Below are positions 42,266 to 52,975 of a stretch of DNA of 64,000 nucleotides, in pieces; within the stretch, counting starts at the first letter, position 1, and every line of letters begins with the position of its first letter. The position numbers and the translations under genes were made by a program. The stretch covers positions 384,001 through 448,000 of the forward strand of contig JBALDB010000056.1 in assembly GCA_036918135.1 (NCBI GenBank), read 5' to 3'. The DNA is from Nostoc sp. GTDB lineage: Bacteria; Cyanobacteriota; Cyanobacteriia; Cyanobacteriales; Nostocaceae. Under the pieces are notes generated by a model. The model was not told the origin of the DNA. It did not search any database and saw only the letters and a list, made by a program, of their open reading frames with translations.

Positions 42266-43321
42266 ATGACCTCTTTAGATCCTAATTTTTTTGACATTCC
42301 AGCTAAAAGCCTAATCATCATTGACCCAGCCGTTGATGACTATAAAAAGCTAAATGGCAATAATTTGGAAGTCACCTTAGAAGACGTAGCAAATACAGAA
42401 TTAGGAACGCTCGCCTCTAAAACCTACAAGCTCTTAAAAGTCCCGCCCAAGGAACTTTTAGCGCCTCCTGGTGATTTTAATCCCACTTTAGTGCTATTTT
42501 TAGCATCTGTGGCAATATTGGTGTTATCTAACTTTGGTTACTGGCTTTGGCAATGGCCAGACTGGCTGTGCTTTAGCGTTAATACTATTGCCTTACATTG
42601 TGCTGGGACAGTAATTCATGATGCTTGTCATCAATCTGCTCACCGCAATCGGGTAATTAATGCCATGCTAGGACATGGTAGCGCCTTAATGCTAGGGTTT
42701 GTTTTCCCAGTGTTTACGCGAGTACATTTGCAGCATCATGCTCGTGTAAATCATCCTAAAGATGACCCAGATCATTATGTTTCTACAGGTGGGCCGCTGT
42801 GGCTAATTGCGTTCCGGTTTTTGTACCATGAGGTGTTTTTCTTTCAACGACGATTGTGGCGTAAATATGAGCTATGGGAATGGTTTATTAGCCGTTTAAT
42901 TGTCGTTGCAATTTTTTATATAGCAATTCAATATCATTTTTTAATGTACGTTCTCAATTTTTGGGTTGTACCTTCTGGGATAGTAGGAATAATACTGGGT
43001 TTCTTTTTTGACTATTTGCCGCATCGTCCTTTTAAAGAACGCGATCGCTGGAAAAATGCTCGTGTATATCCTAGTCCAATTCTTAACATCTTGATTTTGG
43101 GGCAGAACTATCACCTAATTCATCATTTATGGACTTGTATTCCTTGGTATAAATATCAGTCCACATACTATTTGATGAAGCCTCTGTTAGATGAAAAAGG
43201 CTGTTATCAAACTTCAGGATTATTACAAAAGAAAGACTTTTTGGAGTTTATTTACGATATTTTTGTAGGAATTAGATTTGACCATCAAGCAACAAAAAAT
43301 AAAGATGAATCACGCAATTAA
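42266..43321 (+). CDS. crtR: Beta-carotene hydroxylase CrtR-like (fatty-acid desaturase fold) with a ~50-aa N-terminal extension
   Basis: His boxes HDACH, HLQHH, HLIHH; PPGDFNPTL and DDPDHYVSTGGPLW match cyanobacterial CrtR. Confidence 0.8.
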   Translation: MTSLDPNFFDIPAKSLIIIDPAVDDYKKLNGNNLEVTLEDVANTELGTLASKTYKLLKVPPKELLAPPGDFNPTLVLFLASVAILVLSNFGYWLWQWPDWLCFSVNTIALHCAGTVIHDACHQSAHRNRVINAMLGHGSALMLGFVFPVFTRVHLQHHARVNHPKDDPDHYVSTGGPLWLIAFRFLYHEVFFFQRRLWRKYELWEWFISRLIVVAIFYIAIQYHFLMYVLNFWVVPSGIVGIILGFFFDYLPHRPFKERDRWKNARVYPSPILNILILGQNYHLIHHLWTCIPWYKYQSTYYLMKPLLDEKGCYQTSGLLQKKDFLEFIYDIFVGIRFDHQATKNKDESRN

Positions 43322-43374
43322 GAATCAGCTGTACTTCATTAAGGACTGATAAATAAAAATATCCCACTGTTGGC

Positions 43375-43441
43375 AGTCAACGGTCAACAGTCATCAGTAA
43401 TAATCTTCAAACGGGATAATTTATTTCTTCGAGTTCCCTTA
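43375..43441 (-). repeat. Dispersed repeat/MITE end, copy 2
   Basis: Reverse complement TAAGGGAACTCGAAGAAATAAATTATCCCGTTTGAAG matches 12653 onward. Confidence 0.7.
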
Positions 43442-44188
43442 TGTATCAGTTTGATTTAGATAACTAGGGTCTTCAGTACCAAGCAGCTTGTCCCAGAACG
43501 TAAAATACAAACCGTAGTGTACTTTATACTTGCGATGATGTATTGAATGATGCATAGAACCAATCAACCACTTTCCAATCCAATGGCTCTTATATGAAGT
43601 AGGAAATACTTCAAATCCGAGATGGGTAAACACAGCCCATACTGTCATAGTTATAAGTGCGGCAACTAAGGTAATAAAATGCAGTGGAACTATGAAGCTC
43701 ACACCTACAAAAAAAAGTGCTTGTACAATTGCCTCTGGCAAATCAAACGCAGAAGAACTCCAAGGCGTTGGTTCTCCGGAACGGTGGTGTCCATAATGCA
43801 TCCATTTAAAAATTAGAGGGTGGTGAAACATCCGATGGATAAAGTAAAAATATGTATCATGAAGAATTAACACCACACCAAAGCTAGCTATCAAATACCA
43901 CAATCCGTATTGGTGTAAATCGGTATATAATAGCGTTGCTCCCCAAGTATACTCTGAAATAATAAACGCTCCACAAATACCAAAAACTACTGCGGAGAGT
44001 ATCGATAATTCAATATCTTTTATAATGGAAGAATTCACCAACGGTTTTAAACGCAAACTCTTGTTGGCGAGAAACTTTCCCATAACTGAATAAAAGAGCA
44101 AGTATGCTCCTCCAGCTATCAGAAAATATCGAGCAAGAGTGATAACGAAGAAGAAAAAGCAATAATACCAAAATGAGTGACTCGTCAA
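43439..44188 (-). CDS. Sterol desaturase / fatty acid hydroxylase family protein
   Basis: YFIHRMFH, HYGHH, HHSIHH His boxes; YGLYFTFWDKLLGT. Confidence 0.9.
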   Translation of the reverse strand: MTSHSFWYYCFFFFVITLARYFLIAGGAYLLFYSVMGKFLANKSLRLKPLVNSSIIKDIELSILSAVVFGICGAFIISEYTWGATLLYTDLHQYGLWYLIASFGVVLILHDTYFYFIHRMFHHPLIFKWMHYGHHRSGEPTPWSSSAFDLPEAIVQALFFVGVSFIVPLHFITLVAALITMTVWAVFTHLGFEVFPTSYKSHWIGKWLIGSMHHSIHHRKYKVHYGLYFTFWDKLLGTEDPSYLNQTDT

Positions 44189-44779
44189 TCAGACCCATCC
44201 CTAATATTAATTTAGTGAAATGAAAGTGGTGATTATACAGCGAATTTCAAATCAGTGAAGTACACAACCTAAGTCTGGTTGCTTAGTATCAAATTTGTCT
44301 AACTTATGAATCTTAACGCCTTAGCAGAGCGTCTTTGCGAGGCTCCTGAATTAACCAATTATGCTGTATCAAGCAATTCACATTTAATAATCTCAGTATT
44401 TGAGGGAAAAAGCAAGGATATATAAGACTGTTAACAGAGAATTAAAAAGCTTGTTGAAATAATTACAATACAGTTAAGACAGTCAATGATAAGAAAATTG
44501 TACAACCAACGATGAAAAAAATTACCCTACTCCCGACTCCTCACTCTCTATTTTTAAGCTACCTAATCACAGAAAAATTTCATAATCAAACATAAAAAAG
44601 GTTTATAATCCTACTTTCCATTCTCTACTACATTTTTTAAGCTAGTTAAGACAGTTAATTTTGCTCGAAAACAGTTTTTGGACGAGTGCAACCAAGCCAG
44701 TAGAAGGAAGTCGATGTCTGATAAAAATGCTAAAAATAATTTGATATCTGTAGCGATCTAAGCTTAGTTGTAATTTTCT

Positions 44780-45751
44780 ATGAATCGTTCCGCCTGCCTC
44801 ATATTCAATCCAGTAGCGGGTCAGGGTGACCCAGAATTAGAACTGGCAGAAATTCGAGCAATATTAGAGCCAGAAATAGATTTAGATATTTATCTAACAA
44901 CTGAAGAAGTTGGTGCTGACGCTTTGGCGTATGCAGCAGTGGAGCGAGGGGTAGATGCGATTATCGCTTCCGGGGGAGATGGCACCCTCTCTGCGGCAGC
45001 GGCCGCAATAGTGGGTAGTGATATTCCATTTGGGATAATTTCCCGAGGTACAGCAAACGCTTTTGCTACAGCTTTAGGAATTCCTGAGACGATCGCAGCT
45101 GCATGTCAGACAATATTGCAGGGAGGAACCCGCAATGTAGATGTAGCCTATTGTAACAATCTTCCAATGGTATTACTAGTAGGCGTTGGCTTTGAAGCTG
45201 AAACTGTAGAACTCGCAGACCGAGATGCCAAGAATCGTTTTGGAATGATGGCTTACGTCCTCGCAGGAATTCAGCAACTGAGAAACTTAAAAAACTTTGA
45301 TGTTGAAATTGAAACCGAAGACAGAATAATTAAAACTAGCGCTTGTGCAGTAACGGTGGCAAATGCCGCGCCAGCCACTTCAGTTTTGGCACAGGGGCCA
45401 GCAGGGATCATTTTTGATGACGGGCTACTAGATTTAACGATTGTAGCTCCAACTACAAAAGCCGGAGCGATCGCTGCTACATTCCATCTGTTTCAAACAG
45501 CTTCTACAGGCAATGCAGCAGAACGTAATGACATTGGTTACCTGCGATCCAAACAATTTAAAATTACCACAGACCCACCACAAAAAGTTGTTCTAGATGG
45601 CGAAATCATTGGCACAACACCGATAGAAGTCAAGTGTGTAGAAGCAGGCTTAAAAATCTTTGTGCCACTAGTAGAAGAAGTAGAGCCAACAGAAAAACTA
45701 GAGGGACTCCCCAACTTGATTATCGAGATGAAAAATCCAGTCGAAGAGTGA
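44780..45751 (+). CDS. YegS/BmrU family (diacylglycerol kinase-like) lipid kinase
   Basis: IFNPVAG, SGGDGT, GTANAFA, DDGLLD, DGE. Confidence 0.93.
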   Translation: MNRSACLIFNPVAGQGDPELELAEIRAILEPEIDLDIYLTTEEVGADALAYAAVERGVDAIIASGGDGTLSAAAAAIVGSDIPFGIISRGTANAFATALGIPETIAAACQTILQGGTRNVDVAYCNNLPMVLLVGVGFEAETVELADRDAKNRFGMMAYVLAGIQQLRNLKNFDVEIETEDRIIKTSACAVTVANAAPATSVLAQGPAGIIFDDGLLDLTIVAPTTKAGAIAATFHLFQTASTGNAAERNDIGYLRSKQFKITTDPPQKVVLDGEIIGTTPIEVKCVEAGLKIFVPLVEEVEPTEKLEGLPNLIIEMKNPVEE

Positions 45752-45921
45752 GGGTATGGCATTGGGAGTGTTGAGTGTTGAGTTGTTGAACCAGAATTTA
45801 TGATTCCCCTTTTTGCCCCCCTGCCCCCTTTACACAGCGATTAGTTATTGTTTTATTTAGAAGTTTCCTACCCCTCATCTCCCCACTCTCTTACAATTGA
45901 AGATTCAGGAGTTAGATTGCA

Positions 45922-47487
45922 TTGAAACTAGTATCCGATCCACCTATTGCTAAAAAAATTCGCAAAATGAATCAGCGGGTACGATGGCAAGACCCGTTGA
46001 TTGTAGAACGCAGCATCGACCAAACTCGATTAGTGCTAGATGATGGCCAAGCAGAGAATTCAGAGTTTTCGTTTTTAGTTGTAGGTGATAGTGGTTCTGG
46101 AAGGCATGGGGGACAGAATCCCCAGCGACAGGTAGCCGAACTGATACTGCCCCATCACAATGAATGTCGTTTTATGCTACATACCGGGGATGTAATCTAT
46201 TTAGTGGGGTCGAGTGAGTACTACCAGCAGAACTTCATTGAGCCTTACCGAGAGTTTCTCTTGGGTGGAGAGCATCCCAGACAAATTGCTTATGACCAGA
46301 TGGTTTTTAAGCTGCCGATTTTACCTGTGCTGGGAAATCATGATTATTACGATCTGCCGATTTTCTTAGGCTTAGTGTCTGTGACAACATTACCCATTCG
46401 TAAGCTGTTGCGATCGCGGTTAGACTTAGATGTAGGTTTGCATGGCTCAGATACGGGTGATGCCTACGCTCGTGCGTTTTTAGACTATCTCAAAGCGTTT
46501 CGGCTTCCAGGAGAGTTAGACGATCATTTAAATCGCTACTACACTGCCAAGACAGACACAGGTCGTTGTCTTTCTTATCAACCAGGGCACTTCACCCGCC
46601 TCCCCAATCGCTACTACACTTTTCGCTACGGCGGTATTGACTTTTTTGCCTTGGATTCTAATACATTTAACGATCCACCACCTTTACCAAAAACAAGGCA
46701 AGGTGAAGCAGATCGTCAAATCTTGGAAAAACGTCGTCAGGATTTAGAGCAAGAAAAGCTGCAAATCATGGAAACCTCAACTAAGCTCAATCCTGAAAAC
46801 CCCATCGAAGTCGATGAGTTAGAGGACTTCCAAGCCAAGCTGTCGCAAATTGAAGAAATTATTGTTGATATCGATAAGCAACTAGCTACAGATCGACCAA
46901 CCGAGACTGATGTTGAACAACTCGATTGGCTCAAGCAGAGATTAATTGAATCTTGGAACACAAAGGAAGTTCGGGGACGGGTGGTTTATTTCCACCATCC
47001 TCCTTATGTGACTGAGGCGACGAAGTGGCAACAAGCACAAACTTTGACAATTCGCAACCACCTACGTGATGTTCTCGATGGAGTAGCTCAACAAATAGGT
47101 TCTCTCAATCAGGGGCGTCCTTTGGTTGATTTGGTATTGAATGGACACGCTCACTGCTTAGAATATCTCCAAACAACGGATACAGGGCACGGTGATTCTC
47201 ATATCCACTGGCTTGTTTGTGGTGGTAGCGGGTTTAGTCTGCGACGCCAGCGAATTGAAGGAGCAGATTTGATGGAAGAGAATAGATTAGTAGCGCGATC
47301 GCATTTGTTTATCGGTCGCAATGGTTACCGTTCTCAGAAACGACGGCCTTATTCAGGTTTACGCATTGATGTCAAAGGCGAAGGTGATCCCAAGTTTATT
47401 GTTCGTCCCTTGGTTGCCGAATGGTATCAACGACAATGGCATAATAGCGAACTTGAACCGTTGATCGTTTCAGGAATGGGGCATTGA
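45922..47487 (+). CDS. Calcineurin-like metallophosphoesterase
   Basis: GDSG, TGDVIY, GNHDY, HHPPY, GHAH. Confidence 0.9.
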   Translation: MKLVSDPPIAKKIRKMNQRVRWQDPLIVERSIDQTRLVLDDGQAENSEFSFLVVGDSGSGRHGGQNPQRQVAELILPHHNECRFMLHTGDVIYLVGSSEYYQQNFIEPYREFLLGGEHPRQIAYDQMVFKLPILPVLGNHDYYDLPIFLGLVSVTTLPIRKLLRSRLDLDVGLHGSDTGDAYARAFLDYLKAFRLPGELDDHLNRYYTAKTDTGRCLSYQPGHFTRLPNRYYTFRYGGIDFFALDSNTFNDPPPLPKTRQGEADRQILEKRRQDLEQEKLQIMETSTKLNPENPIEVDELEDFQAKLSQIEEIIVDIDKQLATDRPTETDVEQLDWLKQRLIESWNTKEVRGRVVYFHHPPYVTEATKWQQAQTLTIRNHLRDVLDGVAQQIGSLNQGRPLVDLVLNGHAHCLEYLQTTDTGHGDSHIHWLVCGGSGFSLRRQRIEGADLMEENRLVARSHLFIGRNGYRSQKRRPYSGLRIDVKGEGDPKFIVRPLVAEWYQRQWHNSELEPLIVSGMGH

Positions 47488-47631
47488 AGTGTTGACTGTT
47501 GAGCAGAGCCAGAGATGCTACGGCTCTGTGCTTTCCACATTCCCCATTCACCAATCTACCGATCCGATCGCAACATCAATACTTACCAGGATGACGAAAA
47601 TATCTGCTACTTTTTGACCTTAGATTAATTA

Positions 47632-47657
47632 TAGAGACGCAACCATTGCGTCTCTAC
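47632..47657. repeat. REP-like palindrome
   Basis: TAGAGACGCAA-CCA-TTGCGTCTCTAC; related copy at 52510-52536. Confidence 0.7.
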
Positions 47658-47840
47658 AAACTTTCTCGTTAGCCTTTATTACGTGTAATTGTACCCAGGA
47701 AAAAATAATGGTTTTTAAGAGTTATCTGTTATTAGTTGTCAGTTTTGTTCGTTAGGTCAAAGTTCCACACAAAAATTGATAGTAAACGTTGGTGTGAGGT
47801 AATACCACACCAGACGCCTATTCATTGTTCACTGATTTTA

Positions 47841-48248
47841 TTAAACTGCTCCTGGCCCTCTACCACGCTGGTCACCTTTTTCTGTCAACTTACCTTCTTC
47901 ATCATCCTGGTTAACTTCTGCAAGTTCTTCAACACGTTCTGCTGTATCTTCTGCTGCTACTTGGCGTGCATCACCCGGTTTCTCATAGTACATTTCAGGT
48001 TCAACTGCATAGTTATTTAATAAACCTTCTCTGTCTACAGTGTAACCGTCAGTAGTACGTATACTTTCGGCATCGGTTTGGTCATCAGTAGGTGCACTTG
48101 CTTCTCTTTCTTCTGTAGGAATTGTTTTAAACTTATCTCCTTCTCTTTCTTTCCGAGCAGCTGTTTCAGCTGGCACAATACCGCGATCGTATGTATCTTC
48201 TTGTGCGCGTTCGGATGAATCTATACCTTTTTTAGCTGCTTCAGCCAT
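47841..48248 (-). CDS. Acidic hydrophilic hypothetical protein
   Basis: RBS GAGGA upstream; GYTVDREGLLNNYAVEPEMY motif. Confidence 0.8.
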   Translation of the reverse strand: MAEAAKKGIDSSERAQEDTYDRGIVPAETAARKEREGDKFKTIPTEEREASAPTDDQTDAESIRTTDGYTVDREGLLNNYAVEPEMYYEKPGDARQVAAEDTAERVEELAEVNQDDEEGKLTEKGDQRGRGPGAV

Positions 48249-48727
48249 AAATAATGTCCTCGTTAAAAATGTATTAAATAACTTCGAGAACTAGAGTAGG
48301 CTGGTTTTAATTTCCAATCTACTATCTTGAGAAGTGATTTAAGTTTCAATATATATACTTTTCTCTATCTTTAGATGTATTTAAAAGATTAATATTAAAG
48401 CTAATTCAATAATTTGGATTTACATAGATTAAATAAAATAAATATTTTAGTTAACACTATTTTTTCATTAAGTGATGCCAATTTTTTTTAATTTATAGCG
48501 GTTTTCATTTGAATGAGATACGCAGGTAGATTTGTAGCAACTGTTTTAAAAGTCAACCGAAGTTATAACTATCAACGATTCTAGAAATTGACCCCTGCCT
48601 AGTCGATCGCTACTTCTAAAAGGTGTAGTAGGTGAACAGAGTGGTTTTTGTAATCAATGATAATTTATAGTCATTTTCATTTTAGGTGATGAAAATAGCT
48701 AAAATTTTCTCTAGGGATTCTATGCAG

Positions 48728-49774
48728 CTAATTCTTCATTACTGCATCCAATAGCACATTAGCATCAAAGCGGACGACATCGGTACAAGGTAGCCCAGTT
48801 TCTACTGTAATTTGAGCGATCGCTTCATGAGCTGCAGATTCATCTAAATGGGCTGTGTTTAGTGCTATACCCACTACAGGCACACTCGCAAAAGCACCAC
48901 CAGCACTGGCGACAGTTTCATATAACTGGATTACTTTACGTAAAGGTGGAATTACTACATGGGGATGTTTACGTATATGAACTTGTCCGGCTCGGTGTGC
49001 TAATACCAGTTGGGTTGGTTGGGAACCGCGGATTAAGGGTAAGGTTGCTGTGGAACCAGGATGTAGCAGCGAACCTTGTCCCTCAATGTGTAAAATATCG
49101 TAGTTTTTACCATGGCGCATCACCATCTGTTCCACAGCACCAGCAGCAAAGTCCACCCGCACGGCATCCAAAGCCACACCATCGCCTTCTAACATTACAC
49201 CAGTTTGACCTGTGGCTAAGAATTTAGAATTCCATCCGCGCAGTTTTGACGCCCAATGTAACTCTAGGCTAGTTGACATTTTACCGATCGCCATGTCTGT
49301 TCCCACAGTCAATACCCGTCGACACGGCAGAGTGTGCGCCATTCCACTAGCAATATTTATATTAGATGGCTCTTTCCGCACATCCCAAATTAGTTGCCCT
49401 GGTTTGAGGAGTGCATTTAACTCTGGCATATTTGCCATCGGCGTGTGTAAACCATTCACTAGGGACATTCCAGCTTGTAGAGCGTCTTTAATTTCCAGCC
49501 AGTAATCATCTGGTACGACGCCACCTCCTGGGGCTATACCTATTACTAAGACTTCTGGCTGATACTCCAAGGCTGCGGTTAGTGATGCTACAATTGGCAC
49601 TTCACGCTTGATGCCTGTTAATTCTAGTAGGGATTTGCCAGTAGAGTCGCGATCGATAACTGCGACGATTGGGGCTTGACTATAACGTAAAATTGCTAGC
49701 CCTGTCTTGCCATCAGTCCCGCTAATTCCCTCATGAAGTAAAATAGCTATTCGTTGATTAAGTCCCAGACGCAC
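48728..49774 (-). CDS. DUF1611 family protein (DgcN-like P-loop protein)
   Basis: VGTDMAIGKMST, ATGQTG, EGQGSLLHP; overlaps the epimerase gene. Confidence 0.9.
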   Translation of the reverse strand: MRLGLNQRIAILLHEGISGTDGKTGLAILRYSQAPIVAVIDRDSTGKSLLELTGIKREVPIVASLTAALEYQPEVLVIGIAPGGGVVPDDYWLEIKDALQAGMSLVNGLHTPMANMPELNALLKPGQLIWDVRKEPSNINIASGMAHTLPCRRVLTVGTDMAIGKMSTSLELHWASKLRGWNSKFLATGQTGVMLEGDGVALDAVRVDFAAGAVEQMVMRHGKNYDILHIEGQGSLLHPGSTATLPLIRGSQPTQLVLAHRAGQVHIRKHPHVVIPPLRKVIQLYETVASAGGAFASVPVVGIALNTAHLDESAAHEAIAQITVETGLPCTDVVRFDANVLLDAVMKN

Positions 49775-50810
49775 TGCGTTGTACCCCCAAACCTGGTAAT
49801 TCGTTTGGCAAAACTCTCCCTTGTTCGATCAATGCACCTGTAAAGGGGTCATCAATTAAGTTAAGGTGACTGTCTAAATCTAAATAATCAGCTAGTGGTG
49901 CTAGCTGTGCTGCTGCTGTATTGGCTAACGAGCTGTCAGAATAGCAACCGAACATTACTTGTAACTTGTAGGCACGGGCTACATGTACCATTCGCATTGC
50001 CTCGGTTAGTCCCCCTGATTTCATCAGTTTGATATTAATACCATCCACATAGTTTGCTAAATCTGGAATATCAGAACTTGTAAAGCAACTTTCATCGACA
50101 AAGATGGGCAGAGGAGAATTTTGCTTGAGTTTTGCTAAACTTATTTCCTGCCCCCGTGGCAATGGCTGTTCTACATATTTTATACCTAAATCAGCCAGCC
50201 AATTGCACATGGCAATCGCATCTGCTAAACTCCACCCGCCGTTAGCATCAACAAAAAATTCTACTTTTGGTGCTACTTTTTGCACTGCTAAGAGCATTTT
50301 TCGGTCTGCTTCTATGCCATCTGGATTACCTAGCTTAACTTTGAAAACACGCACATCCGTAAAGTTTAACCAGTCTTTTGCCCTGGCGATCGCACCTTCT
50401 GGTGAATTAATCCCGATTGTTACAGAAGTCGGCACAATAGCGTGGCGAGCGAGTCCCCAAATTTGCCATAACGGTAACCCTACCCGCTTACCAAGCCAGT
50501 CGTGTATTGCCATATCCAAGGCTGCTTTCACAGCAGAAGGAACCTGGTTTTGGGTTAATACTTGCTCAATTTGCTGCTGCTGTAAGGGACTGAATGCTTG
50601 CAACAGTGGTATAACTTGCTGTATTGAGTTATTGATTGTATCAGTTGATTGTCGATGGTTACCCACACCGAAGGGCGACGCTTCCCCCCAGCCTTCGATT
50701 CCATCTTCTGAAATTCTCACCCAGACATTTGTTGTCTGTGCCGTTGTACCTCGACTAATAGTCAATGGAAATCTCTTATTAACTGTAAATAAATTTACAT
50801 TTATTTGCAT
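49758..50810 (-). CDS. Dipeptide epimerase (L-Ala-D/L-Glu epimerase / DgcA-like, enolase superfamily)
   Basis: FKVKLG, VDANGG, EQP, DES, NIKLMK, DLD. Confidence 0.92.
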   Translation of the reverse strand: MQINVNLFTVNKRFPLTISRGTTAQTTNVWVRISEDGIEGWGEASPFGVGNHRQSTDTINNSIQQVIPLLQAFSPLQQQQIEQVLTQNQVPSAVKAALDMAIHDWLGKRVGLPLWQIWGLARHAIVPTSVTIGINSPEGAIARAKDWLNFTDVRVFKVKLGNPDGIEADRKMLLAVQKVAPKVEFFVDANGGWSLADAIAMCNWLADLGIKYVEQPLPRGQEISLAKLKQNSPLPIFVDESCFTSSDIPDLANYVDGINIKLMKSGGLTEAMRMVHVARAYKLQVMFGCYSDSSLANTAAAQLAPLADYLDLDSHLNLIDDPFTGALIEQGRVLPNELPGLGVQRSASGT

Positions 50811-50935
50811 AAATATAGAGCGTTATCATCTTATAGCAAAAGCCAGTGTAAGTTCAAAATTTAGACTATCAGAGGTATCTGTTATACTTTTTTACATTCA
50901 CTGCTTGACTCGTTATTTTATTTATTAATTAATTT

Positions 50936-51490
50936 ATGAGCAACTTAAAAAAATGGAAAACTTTAAAATCCAAAATGGTTTTAGATGATTATTGGTGTCA
51001 GGTTAGGCAAGATGAAATAGAATTGCCCAATGGGAAAATTATCGATGATTATTTTGTCAGTATTAGACCTGACGTTGCAATGGTTTTACCTATAACTAAT
51101 AGTAGAGAAATTATTTTTGTTCGGCAATATAGACACGCTGTCGGTGATTTTTTCTTGGAACTGCCAGCAGGGAATTTCGATTCTACAGAAGAGAGTGCTG
51201 AAGTGGCAGCAATCAGAGAACTTACAGAAGAAACTGGTTATATTTCCCAAGAGTTTATCAAAATCGGAACTTTATACGATAAGCCAAGTAAAGATACTAA
51301 TCAAATACATTTATTTTTAGCAAAAAATGTAAGTAAAGTTGGAGAGCAGAAGTTAGATATTACAGAAGAAATTGAGATTGTATTAATTCCAGTAGAATCA
51401 GTTTTAGAGAAAATTATTCAAGGAAAAATTTCTGTAGCAGGTACTGTAGCTGCTATCTTATTAGGTTTAAAATTTATAACTTATCAATAA
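50936..51490 (+). CDS. NUDIX hydrolase (ADP-ribose pyrophosphatase-like)
   Basis: Nudix box G.....E....AAIRELTEETG; RQYRH, ELPAG. Confidence 0.92.
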   Translation: MSNLKKWKTLKSKMVLDDYWCQVRQDEIELPNGKIIDDYFVSIRPDVAMVLPITNSREIIFVRQYRHAVGDFFLELPAGNFDSTEESAEVAAIRELTEETGYISQEFIKIGTLYDKPSKDTNQIHLFLAKNVSKVGEQKLDITEEIEIVLIPVESVLEKIIQGKISVAGTVAAILLGLKFITYQ

Positions 51491-52026
51491 TTAATAGAGT
51501 TTTTTGCATTTAATAAGAATCCAGCTTCTAAACTTTTTTCGACATTACCACCAACATTCAACGCACCCCCCATCCAAATAATTTTGTGAATTTTTGCTTC
51601 AATATCCGGCGCTTTGTCTAAGGCTACTGCAACCGTCGTCAACGGCCCAGTTACCATCAACGTTACAGGGCTTGATGCGTTACGTAACACTTCAATCGTA
51701 AAATCTTGACCTGTTTTGGCAACCAGAGGCGTAGTAATGATTTCGCTTTGGTTGAGAATGGGAAGATGGTCAACGATAAACGAATCACGGCGATAGAGAG
51801 CAGGAAATGGATTGATACCACGTACAGTACTTTCTGCAACCGGAATATGAGAAAATCCCATTAAATCCAAGATTCTACGTGTGGCGCTAACAGCAGGTTG
51901 GATATAACAATCAGCTGTAACAACAACACCGAGAAGTTCGATACGATCCATTGTCAACAGCAGCATAGTTGCTAAATAATCATCTATACCGCCATCACGA
52001 TCCATTAATACGAGTTGTTTCGACAT
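51484..52026 (-). pseudogene. C-terminally truncated nucleoside hydrolase (IU-NH family)
   Basis: D.DGGIDD, TGPLT, WMGGA..GNV present; homology stops before the AEWN motif at ~180 aa. Confidence 0.8.
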
Positions 52027-52044
52027 ATTAAGGAGAATAAAAAA

Positions 52045-52476
52045 ATGGATGAATTTATGCAGGCTGCAATTCAAGAAGCAAAACAAGGCAGACAGGAAGG
52101 TGGAATTCCTATCGGTTCGGTTCTCGTCAAGGATGGCAAAATTCTTGGCAAAGGACACAATAAACGCGTACAAGATGGCGATCCTGTTACCCATGCCGAA
52201 ATTGATTGTCTCCGCAATGCTGGGAGAGTTGGCAACTATAGAGGTACAACACTATATTCAACCTTAATGCCGTGCTATTTATGCGCTGGGGCAGTGGTAC
52301 AATTTGGCATTAAAAAAGTTATCGCTGGAGAATCCAAAACTTTTCCTGGTGCCAAAGACTTTATGGTATCTCACGGTGTAGAAGTAATCGATCTCAATCT
52401 TGACGAATGCGAACAAATAATGAATGAGTTTATTGAAACTAACCCCGAACTTTGGAACGAAGATATCGGCAAGTGA
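52045..52476 (+). CDS. Cytosine/nucleoside deaminase (zinc CDA fold, FCY1-like)
   Basis: HAE and PCYLC zinc motifs; WNEDIG C-terminus; AAGGAG RBS. Confidence 0.93.
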   Translation: MDEFMQAAIQEAKQGRQEGGIPIGSVLVKDGKILGKGHNKRVQDGDPVTHAEIDCLRNAGRVGNYRGTTLYSTLMPCYLCAGAVVQFGIKKVIAGESKTFPGAKDFMVSHGVEVIDLNLDECEQIMNEFIETNPELWNEDIGK

Positions 52477-52592
52477 AGTTCAAAGAACTGTGGGGGCACA
52501 ACAACAGCAAGAGACGCGATAAATCGCCGTCTCTACTACTTGAAAAACGCTGTATGTAGTTTAATTAAATGAAAATTTCTCTAAAAAATTAG

Positions 52593-52814
52593 TTATTCTT
52601 CTGCTGGATAGAAAAGAAACCACCACAACTCTAGCCCGCTCAAAGCTAAACCAGCGATCGCCACACCAACTTTCAAGCCCAAAGGTTGCTCTATGTGTGG
52701 AAATTGGCTACTTTGTTCTGCATGAACTGGCATTTCTGCTAAAGTTACGGCTGATGTTCCAGTCAACAGAAATAAACCAGCCAGATTTCCCCAAAGTATT
52801 TTTTTGCTAAACAT
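52593..52814 (-). pseudogene. Truncated cupredoxin-domain membrane protein of the copA operon
   Basis: IEQPLGLKVGV...GLELWWFL N-terminal part only; the cupredoxin domain is absent. Confidence 0.6.
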
Positions 52815-52975
52815 TTGCTAATACCAAAAAGGGACTGGGGATTGGGTATTGAGAACTGGAGACTGGGTAAGTATTCCTAAATTTGAGAGAAGTTAAGTTT
52901 CAAACATAATTTTGGAGTTTTAAACTCAATCTTCAGTCTCTTTTACATCGAAAATCAGATAGTTTGTCTTGGAAT

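Noticed and set aside
50104..50928. 274-aa plus-strand ORF and the other short antisense or overlapping ORFs in the track
   Set aside because: Shadow frames of well-supported genes with no recognisable motifs.
52027..52194. N-terminal extension of the 236-aa ORF in the track
   Set aside because: It is antisense to the deaminase gene; hydrolase homology begins at MSKQLVLMD (52026).
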